Below are positions 27,126 to 36,461 of a stretch of DNA of 64,000 bases, one piece after another. Location: IMG/VR virus record IMGVR_UViG_3300020048_000017, positions 64,001 through 128,000 of that record; one strand, 5' to 3'. Within the stretch, counting starts at the first letter, position 1. Each line of letters opens with the position of its first letter. The stretch is from a virus. The notes under the pieces were generated by a model. The model had not been told where the DNA came from. It was given only the letters and a program-made list of their open reading frames with translations, and did no database searches. Both the position numbers and the translations under genes were made by a program.

Positions 27126-27808
27126 TTTGCGTAAAAGTTATCTGAGCCACAGTGGTCTAAATTTGGTCTTCCCAAGTCTCCACCATTATAGGACCGTTTA
27201 TTCATCGTCTTGACCGTTTGCCAAGCGTCAAACCAATCTGGGTTTGGATAAAAGCAGCTTTGAACATCTAACGTCTCTAATCCTTCCGACTCCGCAAGTT
27301 CTTTAACCTTCTTTGTGAGGATTCCATCAAACGGAAGGTCGTTATCTTCAATAGCTAGAACCGGTTTAATAGATACGTCGAAGATACAAGACTTGCCTTC
27401 TAAGTAATTCTTGAACAAGAAGCTATCGTAAAATGGAATAACCATCCAAAGGTCTTCTGTCCAAAGGTTTTTAATTTCTTCTGAGGTAAGCCATTTTTCT
27501 TTCTTCGTTTCTTGATACGAATACATTTTTACTAAAGCCTTGTAACCTTCTGTGTTCTTAGCAAACACTCCAAATTTAGAAAGGTTATCTTTATCTTCAC
27601 CGTGAGTAAGCAAAACTCCAAATCTAATCGGAATCCCTACCTTCTCTGCATTGAAGTAAGCTTCTGCAAAACCTGTCATAGAATCTTCCAACAGAAAGAC
27701 TTCTTTAAGTCCAAGGTTTTTAGAAACCTCAAACACGCTTCTTCCCCCCTCTGTTTCTAGGGTTAAAACGGACTTACCAATTGAGTAATGAGTTTTAAAA
27801 ATATTCAT
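27122..27808 (-). CDS. Stand-alone PHP domain of Pol III alpha
   Basis: KTHYSIGKS..LLEDSMTGFAEAY..IPIRFGV..FAKNTEGYKALVKM matches the DnaE N-terminal PHP. Confidence 0.8.
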   Translation of the reverse strand: MNIFKTHYSIGKSVLTLETEGGRSVFEVSKNLGLKEVFLLEDSMTGFAEAYFNAEKVGIPIRFGVLLTHGEDKDNLSKFGVFAKNTEGYKALVKMYSYQETKKEKWLTSEEIKNLWTEDLWMVIPFYDSFLFKNYLEGKSCIFDVSIKPVLAIEDNDLPFDGILTKKVKELAESEGLETLDVQSCFYPNPDWFDAWQTVKTMNKRSYNGGDLGRPNLDHCGSDNFYAK

Positions 27809-28755
27809 CTGTTTTCCCACCCGAATTTTGGGCAACCTGTATATAGTCTTGTTTTTATTACCTGACCTTCTTTCGATGTCAGCTTAGCTTTTTCTCTATG
27901 CGACTGAAGAACTTTTCCGTTGTCGTCAAGGATGACATAATACTTGACTTCATTTCTAAACGGACATTTCCATTTTTTCGGATTTCTTCCGCAAAGCCAC
28001 TTAGTCTCCTGAGAGTCCGCAGCAAAATTTGACATAGCCTTTTCGAGATTGTAATCTTTTAAAACTTGGCCCATGTATTTAAGATACTCTTCAACACCAA
28101 GAAGGGAGTCTTCGAGAACCTTGCCTTCAAGGGAAATTCTTTGAAGGGGTTTTTGGACAAACTTGAGGAAAAGAAAGTCACAATCAATTCTAGTTAAATT
28201 CGGGTATAGCTTCTTCAAGTAAAGCATATACATCAATGCTTGAATACTAAAGCCCAATTCTTTCTCCGAGAATTTAATCTTACTCGTTTTGTAATCTACG
28301 ATTCTAGCATGATCTCCACTGATACCGTGCTTATCAATGAAGCCGATCATTCTGTAATGATCCTCTGTGTGGTCAAATGCTAACTCAGGATCTGCTAAAT
28401 CAAACTCTTCTAAAAAGAAATCAAACTTTAAGCCGACCATTATGAAAGTCGAGATCATGTCCCAATTCTCTTCATCCAAAATTAATTCATAATGATGAGA
28501 TTGCGCCCGAACCATCCTTTTAATAGACGGGATCACAAACGGGTCTTTCGCGGCTAACATTTGTTCTACATACTCCTGCCTCTTTGGCTTCTCTACCCTC
28601 TGGAGACATTCTAGCACTGCGTGAGTTACGCTACCTCTTCTCGCTCCGTCGTTCGATACGTCGGGAACCTTAAGCTCGTATTTGCAGTAATATCTCCAAG
28701 AGCACTCTGAGGCGCACTTCACTCTAGATGCTGATAGTCTTACGTGTTCAACCAT
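27805..28755 (-). CDS. PD-(D/E)XK exonuclease, Cas4/RecB(AddB)-like
   Basis: LSASR..C, GSVTHAVLE, GFIDK, IVDYKTS, QALMY, C-terminal Cys (CGR..C.F, GCP). Confidence 0.85.
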   Translation of the reverse strand: MVEHVRLSASRVKCASECSWRYYCKYELKVPDVSNDGARRGSVTHAVLECLQRVEKPKRQEYVEQMLAAKDPFVIPSIKRMVRAQSHHYELILDEENWDMISTFIMVGLKFDFFLEEFDLADPELAFDHTEDHYRMIGFIDKHGISGDHARIVDYKTSKIKFSEKELGFSIQALMYMLYLKKLYPNLTRIDCDFLFLKFVQKPLQRISLEGKVLEDSLLGVEEYLKYMGQVLKDYNLEKAMSNFAADSQETKWLCGRNPKKWKCPFRNEVKYYVILDDNGKVLQSHREKAKLTSKEGQVIKTRLYTGCPKFGWENR

Positions 28756-29653
28756 ATTTTTCAATCCAATCTTTAATTACTCCTTGTTGAAGCATGTCTG
28801 AGAAGTCCCCGTGGAAAGGCAACCTTAATTCTACTTCGTCAAAAATGCAAGTCAATTTCTCTACTATTTTATCAGCGGCGTTGTTGCCGATGTTGTTATT
28901 ATCTGGCTCGTTATTTAGTGATACATAGATTCGATCTACGTTCATGGCTATAAGCTCCGAAGTAATTACCTTACTGAGCTTTACACCAAATAAAACAATA
29001 ACATTTTTAATGCCGCACTCCCAGAGTGCCAACATATCCCCGATACTTTCTACTAAGTAGACTTCTCTTTTCTCTACTATGTATTCTCTATTTAAAAATA
29101 ATGGATAGAGCCAATTTCTCGTCTTCCCTTTGTTCTTCCATTTTGGAGCCATTCCCTTGAGTAAAGCCCTTCCTGAGAATCCAATTAGTGTTCCATCCTT
29201 ATCGAAGATTGGAAATGTGTATCGGTTTCTCATAAAACCTACCATGGAAACCCCTCCTTGAAACTGCTCAAGGGTTTCTTTAGTAATTAGCCTATCTAAG
29301 AAATGTTTATGGTGAGGAAGGAGAGTTCCCACAGACCTCATGTGAAAAGTTTCTACAATCTTGTCCGAAAGAATCGGAGATGTATCTACCTCTATTTTTC
29401 CATCGATACCCTTGCCTTCTAGAAACTTATATGCTTCTGAAAACGGAACATTTAAAGTTTTCTTAACTAAGAGTGCTAGACTTCCAGAGTCATTAGTTCC
29501 CCAGTCTTTGAATCCTCCATCTTTTTTATTGACCTGCAACGACATTGGATTATCGCTAGAACGATACAGAGGCCTCATACGAAGATACTCTCCATCGTCA
29601 GAGAATCGGTAACCCATCTCTGATAAAATTTCAGCAACACTGGCGGTCATCAA
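28748..29653 (-). CDS. dnaG: DNA primase (DnaG-like TOPRIM)
   Basis: RNRYTFPI..IGFSGR, PKWKN, YLVESIGDML, LNNE; the N-terminal Zn-binding region lacks Cys. Confidence 0.85.
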   Translation of the reverse strand: MMTASVAEILSEMGYRFSDDGEYLRMRPLYRSSDNPMSLQVNKKDGGFKDWGTNDSGSLALLVKKTLNVPFSEAYKFLEGKGIDGKIEVDTSPILSDKIVETFHMRSVGTLLPHHKHFLDRLITKETLEQFQGGVSMVGFMRNRYTFPIFDKDGTLIGFSGRALLKGMAPKWKNKGKTRNWLYPLFLNREYIVEKREVYLVESIGDMLALWECGIKNVIVLFGVKLSKVITSELIAMNVDRIYVSLNNEPDNNNIGNNAADKIVEKLTCIFDEVELRLPFHGDFSDMLQQGVIKDWIEKYG

Positions 29654-31089
29654 AAGTATTTCTTTTTAGTGTCGTCGTCCTTATCCAGTTTTACTTCAGA
29701 CTCCATGTAAGCCACTACTTCTCTAAGAGTGCAAAGTTCCTCTACATGGAAGTCTTGGAAATTTAAATGAAGGTTAATTCTTTTAAAATCCCCATTAGGC
29801 ATCTTTACAAGATCCACAAAGCCCATCCCATTTTCCCCTTGATTTCGAGACTCTGTAACTTCTAAGATATGAGTTCCAAATTTACTACCTTCTTCGGCGA
29901 GATCTTCTGGAGTCTTTGGTTTTAACATCGCTAACATATTAACAAACCATTTGATTTGATTGGACATGGCTATCGATCCAGAGGCATTTGTTTGGACGGC
30001 ACTAATGATTGGGCATTTCAATTCTTGAGCCAAATCTTTTAGCTTCGTAGCTTTGTCACCCATTACTTGGTGCTCTTTCCAAGCGTCTGAAATACTTTCT
30101 CCAGTGAGCTTTAAGTAATCGTAAAAGATAATTGTTTTTTTACCCAACCTAGCTTGTTTAATGTGCCACCTTCTAGTAATAGAAATGATTTCATTAATGG
30201 GCTTATTAGCAACGTAAAGGTGTTCTACGTTTTTATTTCTACTGTCTACAATTTTCTTAAGCGCGTCTCTAACTTTCTTTTCGAGAGCGGGCTCTTTTCT
30301 CCAAGATCCGTTCCGTAAATAGAATTCGTGAACGCCACTCTGCTTAAAGGCTTGCCTAAGCATAACCTCTTCTGCTGTAAGCTCTGTATCAAGATATAAG
30401 GCTACAAGATTATCATCCTCAGTGGTCTTCTCGCAGATATCCATCAGGAAGGTTGACTTACCTGCTTTCGGAGGCGCACAGAAGACATAAAGCCCCCCGT
30501 TAAGAAAATCCCCATAAAGCTTGCGAAACCACTTATAAGGAGCTTTGATACCTACGTCCTGAGGGTGGTTTCCCCTTTCTTCGATGAAATCTGAGATCGA
30601 ATCAAAGATATTGACAGGTTCGTTTTCTGGCTCAAAGACATTAATAGACTTTGAGAACCTGTCTTCAATTTTCCCAACAACTTCCGCAATATTTTTATCT
30701 AGGTTTCCATTAACAATTTTCTCAAGATCCTTTGACATGTCAGACATGTCTCTAAGCATCGAGAATTTCTTAAGCTCCTTAAACCTTTCTACGAAAGCGT
30801 CCTCTACAATCCTATCACTTTTAGAAATCGCTAGGATATAATCGCCAATGGCAACATCGTGGATATTTGTAATTCCAAGAGAGCTGAGTCTCGCAGTGAG
30901 TAAGACTGAATCGATAGGCTTACCCTCCGCAACAAAATTTGCGATAGCACTAAAAATGGCACCATTGACATTCGTATAAAAATCAGTTGGTTTGATAAAG
31001 GGTAATACATCGGTAACTTTTTTTGGGAATTGTAGACAACCTGATAGGCAGGCTCTTTCTAAATCTTTTGAATGTAATTTAACTGACAT
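29650..31089 (-). CDS. dnaB: Replicative DNA helicase (DnaB family)
   Basis: N-terminal LERACLSGCL domain, Walker A APPKAGKS, YLDTEL, IFYDYLK, SAVQTN, SRNQG. Confidence 0.9.
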   Translation of the reverse strand: MSVKLHSKDLERACLSGCLQFPKKVTDVLPFIKPTDFYTNVNGAIFSAIANFVAEGKPIDSVLLTARLSSLGITNIHDVAIGDYILAISKSDRIVEDAFVERFKELKKFSMLRDMSDMSKDLEKIVNGNLDKNIAEVVGKIEDRFSKSINVFEPENEPVNIFDSISDFIEERGNHPQDVGIKAPYKWFRKLYGDFLNGGLYVFCAPPKAGKSTFLMDICEKTTEDDNLVALYLDTELTAEEVMLRQAFKQSGVHEFYLRNGSWRKEPALEKKVRDALKKIVDSRNKNVEHLYVANKPINEIISITRRWHIKQARLGKKTIIFYDYLKLTGESISDAWKEHQVMGDKATKLKDLAQELKCPIISAVQTNASGSIAMSNQIKWFVNMLAMLKPKTPEDLAEEGSKFGTHILEVTESRNQGENGMGFVDLVKMPNGDFKRINLHLNFQDFHVEELCTLREVVAYMESEVKLDKDDDTKKKYF

Positions 31090-31634
31090 TAGCTTAAAAA
31101 GTCTTTAAGTGATTTGGGTTTTTCGATAACTTTATCCTCTCCGACTTTAAAGTCGAGGAATTCGATTTCTTCTTCTGGTTCTGATTTCTGTGGAGCAATT
31201 TCTTTACACTTCCACATTGAGTATCTTTTATCTATCTGGTCTTTAATAAAACTATTGAAGAAATAATTAAGAGTCCAAACGTCTACTTTAGTCTTGATGG
31301 AAAAGATAAATTCTTCTTCGTATTTTGCCAATAGTCTATCGGCATTTCTCATCTCTAGCGGCCAATTAATTTTGGAGGTATTCTTGATAAAGAAAAGAAC
31401 GATCTTTTTCCTAAGCCCAGAATCGGCGCTATATTTTTTCGGTTCGGTTTTGAATTTAATTTTGTCCTTAGACATCATGAACTCAATCTCGATAAAGGCT
31501 TTTGGGCCAATACCTTTTAAGCCTTTTACTTCCTTCCTAGTCTTTAGGGCTAGTCCAACGTAATCGCTTATGCCAGCAGAAAGAAGTTTCTTCCTAGTGG
31601 TTTCCGAAATATCCCCGAACATGTTAGTTGTCAC
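31089..31634 (-). CDS. Protein with N-terminal RNAP alpha-CTD/HhH-like domain
   Basis: ISETTRKKLLSAGISDYVGLALKTRKEVKGLKGIGPKAFIEI matches the alpha-CTD helix pattern. Confidence 0.55.
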   Translation of the reverse strand: MTTNMFGDISETTRKKLLSAGISDYVGLALKTRKEVKGLKGIGPKAFIEIEFMMSKDKIKFKTEPKKYSADSGLRKKIVLFFIKNTSKINWPLEMRNADRLLAKYEEEFIFSIKTKVDVWTLNYFFNSFIKDQIDKRYSMWKCKEIAPQKSEPEEEIEFLDFKVGEDKVIEKPKSLKDFLS

Positions 31635-31854
31635 CGTTAAGATTCATCATTTGGCCAAGAAGACCTGATTCGAAAGCCACGCCTGCGGCTTTAGCGTGCA
31701 TTAAAAGACCAGCTAAAGTAACCCCGTTACAATGAGGTATGAAAGAAGAGTTACCATCTTTGTCTGTGTAGAAAATTATAAAGCCGTTACTTGTATGTTC
31801 ATTCAACTCTTGTAAAATTCTGTTTGGAATATCTCCTTCTGCGCTTTTCTTCAT
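31624..31854 (-). CDS. Hypothetical protein
   Basis: ORF in operon. Confidence 0.6.
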   Translation of the reverse strand: MKKSAEGDIPNRILQELNEHTSNGFIIFYTDKDGNSSFIPHCNGVTLAGLLMHAKAAGVAFESGLLGQMMNLNGDN

Positions 31855-32297
31855 AAAACTTTTCGCAACTCTATGTCGTATTTTTCTTCTATTAATTGTT
31901 TAAACTTTTCTGGGTCTTTGTCTAATAAAGACTCTTCTTCAGCGAAGACTTCTATCAACTTAAAGCCGTTAATCTCGCACCACTCAAGTTTCTTTAAGTC
32001 CCTATGAATCTGATCTAAGAACTTGCCCCGATCATTGTTATGGAAGAATGGGTTGAACTTACCGTGTTGACTACCATGTATCTCTACGGCTAAATGCTCG
32101 CTTGCGTTAAACATGTCTAAGCGTAAACGAGTCCCTGCTAAGGGCATCTCCTCATAGCATACGTCGTAATACCAGAACTGTTTGAAAAACTCTTTAACTT
32201 TTCTCTGAAATTTACTCAGAGACTTGTCATCCCACTTGATCCGATTTTTCTGGATATTTTTGTAAGTGAGTTGACCATTCAGTTTTTTAAACTTCAT
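31851..32297 (-). CDS. Vsr/DUF559-like endonuclease
   Basis: LRLDMF..LAVEIHGSQH..RDLKKLEWC. Confidence 0.75.
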   Translation of the reverse strand: MKFKKLNGQLTYKNIQKNRIKWDDKSLSKFQRKVKEFFKQFWYYDVCYEEMPLAGTRLRLDMFNASEHLAVEIHGSQHGKFNPFFHNNDRGKFLDQIHRDLKKLEWCEINGFKLIEVFAEEESLLDKDPEKFKQLIEEKYDIELRKVL

Positions 32298-33430
32298 TTA
32301 ATAAGTTCTAGAATATATCTATAAATCAATTGCGCCAAATCTGGATTTTCCTCTAGAAAACCTACGAATCCAAAGTGACCTTGGACTTTCTTACTAAGTA
32401 GGTCTGTATTGATACCAGCTTTCTCTGCGGAGTCTTTAAACAACTCTCCTTGAATATTGAACCAAGATCCTCCTTTTAATACTAGCCCCCACTCTAGGGC
32501 CATATCTACGATTTCGTTAGCTTTCCAAACTCCTCCTACGTGGTTATATTTTACTGGGATCGCAAGCTTACTTCCGGTTACTTCGTTGTAACTCTTTCTG
32601 AAATCAATCTCTGTATAGCGACCAATAATAGTTTCTCCATCTTTGATTAGCTTAGGAGCGTTTTTCTCCCAAGCTTGACCCATGTGGGCAATGAGGTCTC
32701 CGTAGAACTCTGGGGCCTTACCTCCTCCCGCTTTATTACCAGCTCCACCAAAACCCGTCATGTTACCTGCTCGAATCTGCGAGCAGATATATAGATGGTG
32801 ACCCTTTACGTGAATTGGTAAGGAGAGTTTTTTGAATGACATAGAAGTTACCCTAGCCACCCCAGCCCTAGCTTCCGCTTCGTCTAGAGTCTTTCCTCGC
32901 TCGTCGCCAGTGGTCAAAGCGTTAATACTATCTACAATGAAGAAATACTTAAACCCATTCGGGTTGGCATTAATTTGATTCTGGATGTTTTGTAAAACAA
33001 ATTCTGCGGCATTAGATTTAACTACGATAAGTCTATCCTTATCGATGCCCGACATACGAATTTTCTTTTCAGTAAGCCTGCCTTCGGCATCATAAAAAAC
33101 GACCCATCCTTTTTCTTCAAAATGATCTTGCCAGTTTTTACCCCAGAGTAATCCTTGAGCGGTCTTTCCACTCTCGCGGTCCCCTACGAACATTGACATA
33201 GACCCAGCATTATAACCGCCGTCTAAGTGCATATCTAATTTATAAGATCCTGTCGGAATCTTAATGTCCGTCTCGAAACCATTATCTACATGTTCATAAA
33301 CCGAACCGTAATATCCCTCGGTATCTTTAAAGAAACTTTCGATCTGTCCAATCGGGGAGATTTTGCCATCCAAGATTGGAGTTTCTTCATTACTCTCCTT
33401 CGCTTTCTTTTCTCTCTTCGTAGTGTTCAC
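32294..33430 (-). CDS. recA: RecA/UvsX recombinase
   Basis: IPTGSYKLDMHLDGG, GDRESGKT, FYDAEG, IVDSINAL, GGKAPEFY. Confidence 0.92.
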   Translation of the reverse strand: MNTTKREKKAKESNEETPILDGKISPIGQIESFFKDTEGYYGSVYEHVDNGFETDIKIPTGSYKLDMHLDGGYNAGSMSMFVGDRESGKTAQGLLWGKNWQDHFEEKGWVVFYDAEGRLTEKKIRMSGIDKDRLIVVKSNAAEFVLQNIQNQINANPNGFKYFFIVDSINALTTGDERGKTLDEAEARAGVARVTSMSFKKLSLPIHVKGHHLYICSQIRAGNMTGFGGAGNKAGGGKAPEFYGDLIAHMGQAWEKNAPKLIKDGETIIGRYTEIDFRKSYNEVTGSKLAIPVKYNHVGGVWKANEIVDMALEWGLVLKGGSWFNIQGELFKDSAEKAGINTDLLSKKVQGHFGFVGFLEENPDLAQLIYRYILELIK

Positions 33431-33578
33431 AATATTTACAAATGTCTGGTGTTAATCCTTCAATGTTTAACCTATAGCATGAATAACCTTCTCTAACTGT
33501 AGATCCGCAACATGGCGAAGATTCATATACTACAGATTCTTTAGACCTATTCTTGCAGGTTTCAAATTTATTTTCCAT
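33390..33578 (-). CDS. Small Cys-rich hypothetical protein
   Basis: 62 aa with C, CC, C and CxxC; fills the operon gap. Confidence 0.55.
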   Translation of the reverse strand: MENKFETCKNRSKESVVYESSPCCGSTVREGYSCYRLNIEGLTPDICKYCEHYEERKESEGE

Positions 33579-34758
33579 AACTTATAGCTCTTTTTAGAAT
33601 TGTCAACCCGTTGTTGATGAGAATTTTTTCACATATAGACCAATGGGGGTTTTCATCTAAAAATTCATCTATAGCAAGAACTAAACCCTGAGGTTGTTTT
33701 TTAAAATCAGTTTCCCCTTCGTCCTTATACCCGAAACTTTCAGTATCGTGAAGAGCTATATATTTTCTAGCCTTATTACCATGTCTAGCAAGTTCTTCTT
33801 TGAGTTGGTCGTATCGATGCAATGTGTCTATAAACAAAAAGTCAGTCTCTTCAATCTCGAAACCTTCCTCTATAACGTTTTGTTGAACGAAAGAATATTC
33901 TATACCTGCTTTTTTCGCTAATACTAAAGCGGTCAAAATATTAGGACTTGTAAACAAGTCGTAAGAAATCATTTTATCGGGACTAGCTGCTAAAAAGGCC
34001 CATGAGGAAACTACGTCTCTGACGCCCATTTCGGTAATATAGGCACACTCCCTTGCATAGCCGTTTAACGTCGGCAGGAGAGCGTTTATATCGCTAGGAC
34101 GGTTACAATGAACCGAGTATGCTGCCAAGATATCCATTTTCGGACGTTCCGACTGATACTTATTCATGAATGATAAATTCTCTTCCAAGTCATGTTTCAT
34201 AGTCCATGCAAGACTTGAACACTCTTCCCTATTATTGGGATGAACAGGTTCTCGTTCGTTGATTAAATAAAACCTTCCTCCAATTTTTTCCAGAGCGTTG
34301 AACATAGTTTTCTCCATCCCTAATTGATCGAAGTCTAATTGTTCAAAGAGATTTCCATACGCAATATTACAAAAGAAAATATCAGAAGATAAATAAGCTG
34401 GATCATGCCAATAGTTTCCAGCATAAGGAACTTTGTAATGAGTTAGGTATGCAAAAATTTTATTAATAACGTCTTCGTTACATAGCCACGAATCTATTGC
34501 TAATTTTACAAAAAGGTCGGAAGGTGTGTCCCTTTCGATTAGGTTTTCATAGCCGCCTTTGATTAAATTAAACTCTCCTTTCTGAAGTCCTTCACTGGGA
34601 ATCCTAACGTCACAAACAAAATCTTTATCAACTCCACTGTAGGCTAGACAATAAATCGGCTCGATAGTCGTGTATGAATCGATCAAGCTTTTCAGGTGTG
34701 GCCAGTAATCTTCCTTGTCGTAACAAGTAATAATAAAGTTGATTTTAACTTTTTTCAT
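33568..34758 (-). CDS. Fusion: GT-like N-terminal domain + SAM methyltransferase (Methyltransf_24-like)
   Basis: C-half ITEMGVRDVVSSWAF, ISYDL, FLFIDTLH.Y, IALHDT; N-half FVKLAIDSW. Confidence 0.75.
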   Translation of the reverse strand: MKKVKINFIITCYDKEDYWPHLKSLIDSYTTIEPIYCLAYSGVDKDFVCDVRIPSEGLQKGEFNLIKGGYENLIERDTPSDLFVKLAIDSWLCNEDVINKIFAYLTHYKVPYAGNYWHDPAYLSSDIFFCNIAYGNLFEQLDFDQLGMEKTMFNALEKIGGRFYLINEREPVHPNNREECSSLAWTMKHDLEENLSFMNKYQSERPKMDILAAYSVHCNRPSDINALLPTLNGYARECAYITEMGVRDVVSSWAFLAASPDKMISYDLFTSPNILTALVLAKKAGIEYSFVQQNVIEEGFEIEETDFLFIDTLHRYDQLKEELARHGNKARKYIALHDTESFGYKDEGETDFKKQPQGLVLAIDEFLDENPHWSICEKILINNGLTILKRAISYGK

Positions 34759-34759
34759 T

Positions 34760-35050
34760 TTATTTGAAATTGATTCTATCTAGATTTGCTTTATTAGCAA
34801 TGCGACAATTTCCGCTTTCGTCTTCCATCACTGAAGAATCTTCGGTTTCGAGGGTCGTTCCGAATGTCCCAATAAGAGCCTCGCACGCTTTCCAAGAGAT
34901 TCTTTCTGTCGATTGGCTGTCTATGATAGTCGGGATAAAAATTCTACAGTCATTAGCTTCGGGTTTAGATTTATTGTAAATCTTATCGTAATTACTACGA
35001 TACTTTTCCCCATCTACTGGTCTCGGCTTGTCTCCTTTTCCTGCGCTCAT
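34760..35050 (-). CDS. Hypothetical phage protein
   Basis: Starts with the common small-phage-protein motif GKGDKPRP..YRSNYDKIY. Confidence 0.6.
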   Translation of the reverse strand: MSAGKGDKPRPVDGEKYRSNYDKIYNKSKPEANDCRIFIPTIIDSQSTERISWKACEALIGTFGTTLETEDSSVMEDESGNCRIANKANLDRINFK

Positions 35051-35586
35051 CTATACTCTTCTTTAAAAAGTCTCCACCTATTACTATCTATCTTTACCTC
35101 TCCTGCGTCGATCTTTCGAAGCATCTCAAGTAGATCATCGAAGTTGTTGTAAAAGAATCTCACCGGAAGTAACCCTAGTAACCAAAGAGGGGTTTTTTCT
35201 ACACCTCCTTCAATACAAACAAAAATAGGTTTCTTTTGCTGATTAGCCGCCACAATTTCGTGCATAGAACCAAACGTAGGAACTTCTGGATTAATATACG
35301 CTATAAGGAAATCCGCCCTGTCTACCATCGCTAAATCGGCTGCGATGATTTCCTTCATGTGTTCGTGGACCTTCCAGAGATGACCTGATTCCCGCCACTC
35401 TTTCATTAATTTTTGAGATTCTTTGTCTTCCTTAACAGCAGACTCGAAAGGCCTTTTGTAAGGATTAAAGCAAGTTACTCCAAGACTACCTAAAAACTTG
35501 TCGCAGCGATCCCGCCATGTCTCTCCGTCAGAGACATATTCCATTGCGCCAATGTTATACGACTTTGTTTTCTTTAAAATATTCAT
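35047..35586 (-). CDS. Nucleoside 2-deoxyribosyltransferase-like protein
   Basis: YNIGAME..WR..CFNP, DLAMVDRADFLIA, GSMHE. Confidence 0.8.
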   Translation of the reverse strand: MNILKKTKSYNIGAMEYVSDGETWRDRCDKFLGSLGVTCFNPYKRPFESAVKEDKESQKLMKEWRESGHLWKVHEHMKEIIAADLAMVDRADFLIAYINPEVPTFGSMHEIVAANQQKKPIFVCIEGGVEKTPLWLLGLLPVRFFYNNFDDLLEMLRKIDAGEVKIDSNRWRLFKEEYR

Positions 35587-35742
35587 TTAGTCCATTAGTT
35601 TTAATCTCTCATCAAGAGTCGCGTTGATCTTTTTAAGGATCTCAGTTTCCTTTTTACCGCTCGCAGATTCTAAATCAAGGGCTAGTTTAGAAAGGATCTT
35701 ATCAAGTTGAGCTATAAGCTCTTCGCTACTTTGATTACTCAC
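35587..35742 (-). CDS. Small helical hypothetical protein (51 aa)
   Basis: Not in track. GTG start, SNQSSEELIAQLDKILSKLALDLE..LKLMD; stop abuts next ATG. Confidence 0.55.
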   Translation of the reverse strand: MSNQSSEELIAQLDKILSKLALDLESASGKKETEILKKINATLDERLKLMD

Positions 35743-35977
35743 TTACTTCCATCCTTCCTTCTAATTCCCCTTCTCGAAACTCTTGAGCCACTAGATTTGA
35801 GAGTTTTGCCATGAATTGCTCTTGATCTCTAGGTTCTACGGAAGTCTGAAAAACGTATGCCACTGTAGCTATAATTCCAGCAACCAGTTCCTCGTCGAAT
35901 GCAAAGTCTGATTCTACGAATCTCGCTTCGCAAGAGTCTTCTTCTTCGTCGTAATAAATTTCAAATATCTTTTTCAT
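35735..35977 (-). CDS. Acidic hypothetical protein
   Basis: 80 aa, strongly Asp/Glu-rich. Confidence 0.6.
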   Translation of the reverse strand: MKKIFEIYYDEEEDSCEARFVESDFAFDEELVAGIIATVAYVFQTSVEPRDQEQFMAKLSNLVAQEFREGELEGRMEVSE

Positions 35978-36420
35978 GATTGTTTATGTAATTCTTCGTT
36001 GATAAGTTTATCAGGAGTTTCCCAATTTGCTGGTTTCATCCATTTTCCATCGGTGCGTTTGTAAGACCCTTCTCCGAACTTGGCCATATTAGCGTCTTGA
36101 ACGATTTGCTCGATGGGTTCCATATCGATCCCATAACAAAGCGCCGCTCCGTAATTTACATAGCTGATATCAGCGATAGAATCGGCAACTAACACCATGT
36201 CTACGTCCCCATTAAGGACATATTGAATTTGAGTTTCATCGATAGCCGCTCCATTTAAAGAGACCTTAACCCCACTCGCTTCTGCGAGTTCTAAAGTCTC
36301 CTCTAGCAAAAGCTTTACTCTTAAAACCCTTTCGTCGAAAGGGGCTACCGTAGGTTTGCTTCTGACTGTTTGACCAGCCGCCAGCATGAAGTCTTTTACT
36401 CCTTTTTGAATTTTGTCCAT
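35974..36420 (-). CDS. MazG-like NTP pyrophosphohydrolase
   Basis: RVKLLLEETLELAEA, VADSIADISYV, VQDANMAK, GKWMKP. Confidence 0.85.
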   Translation of the reverse strand: MDKIQKGVKDFMLAAGQTVRSKPTVAPFDERVLRVKLLLEETLELAEASGVKVSLNGAAIDETQIQYVLNGDVDMVLVADSIADISYVNYGAALCYGIDMEPIEQIVQDANMAKFGEGSYKRTDGKWMKPANWETPDKLINEELHKQS

Positions 36421-36430
36421 AATTATGGAT

Positions 36431-36458
36431 ATTATAACCTCTTATGACGATTTGTCAA
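36431..36458 (-). promoter_or_regulatory. sigma70 consensus promoter TTGACA-N16-TATAAT
   Basis: -35 at 36458-36453, -10 at 36436-36431, ATG 36420. Confidence 0.8.
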
Positions 36459-36461
36459 GTG

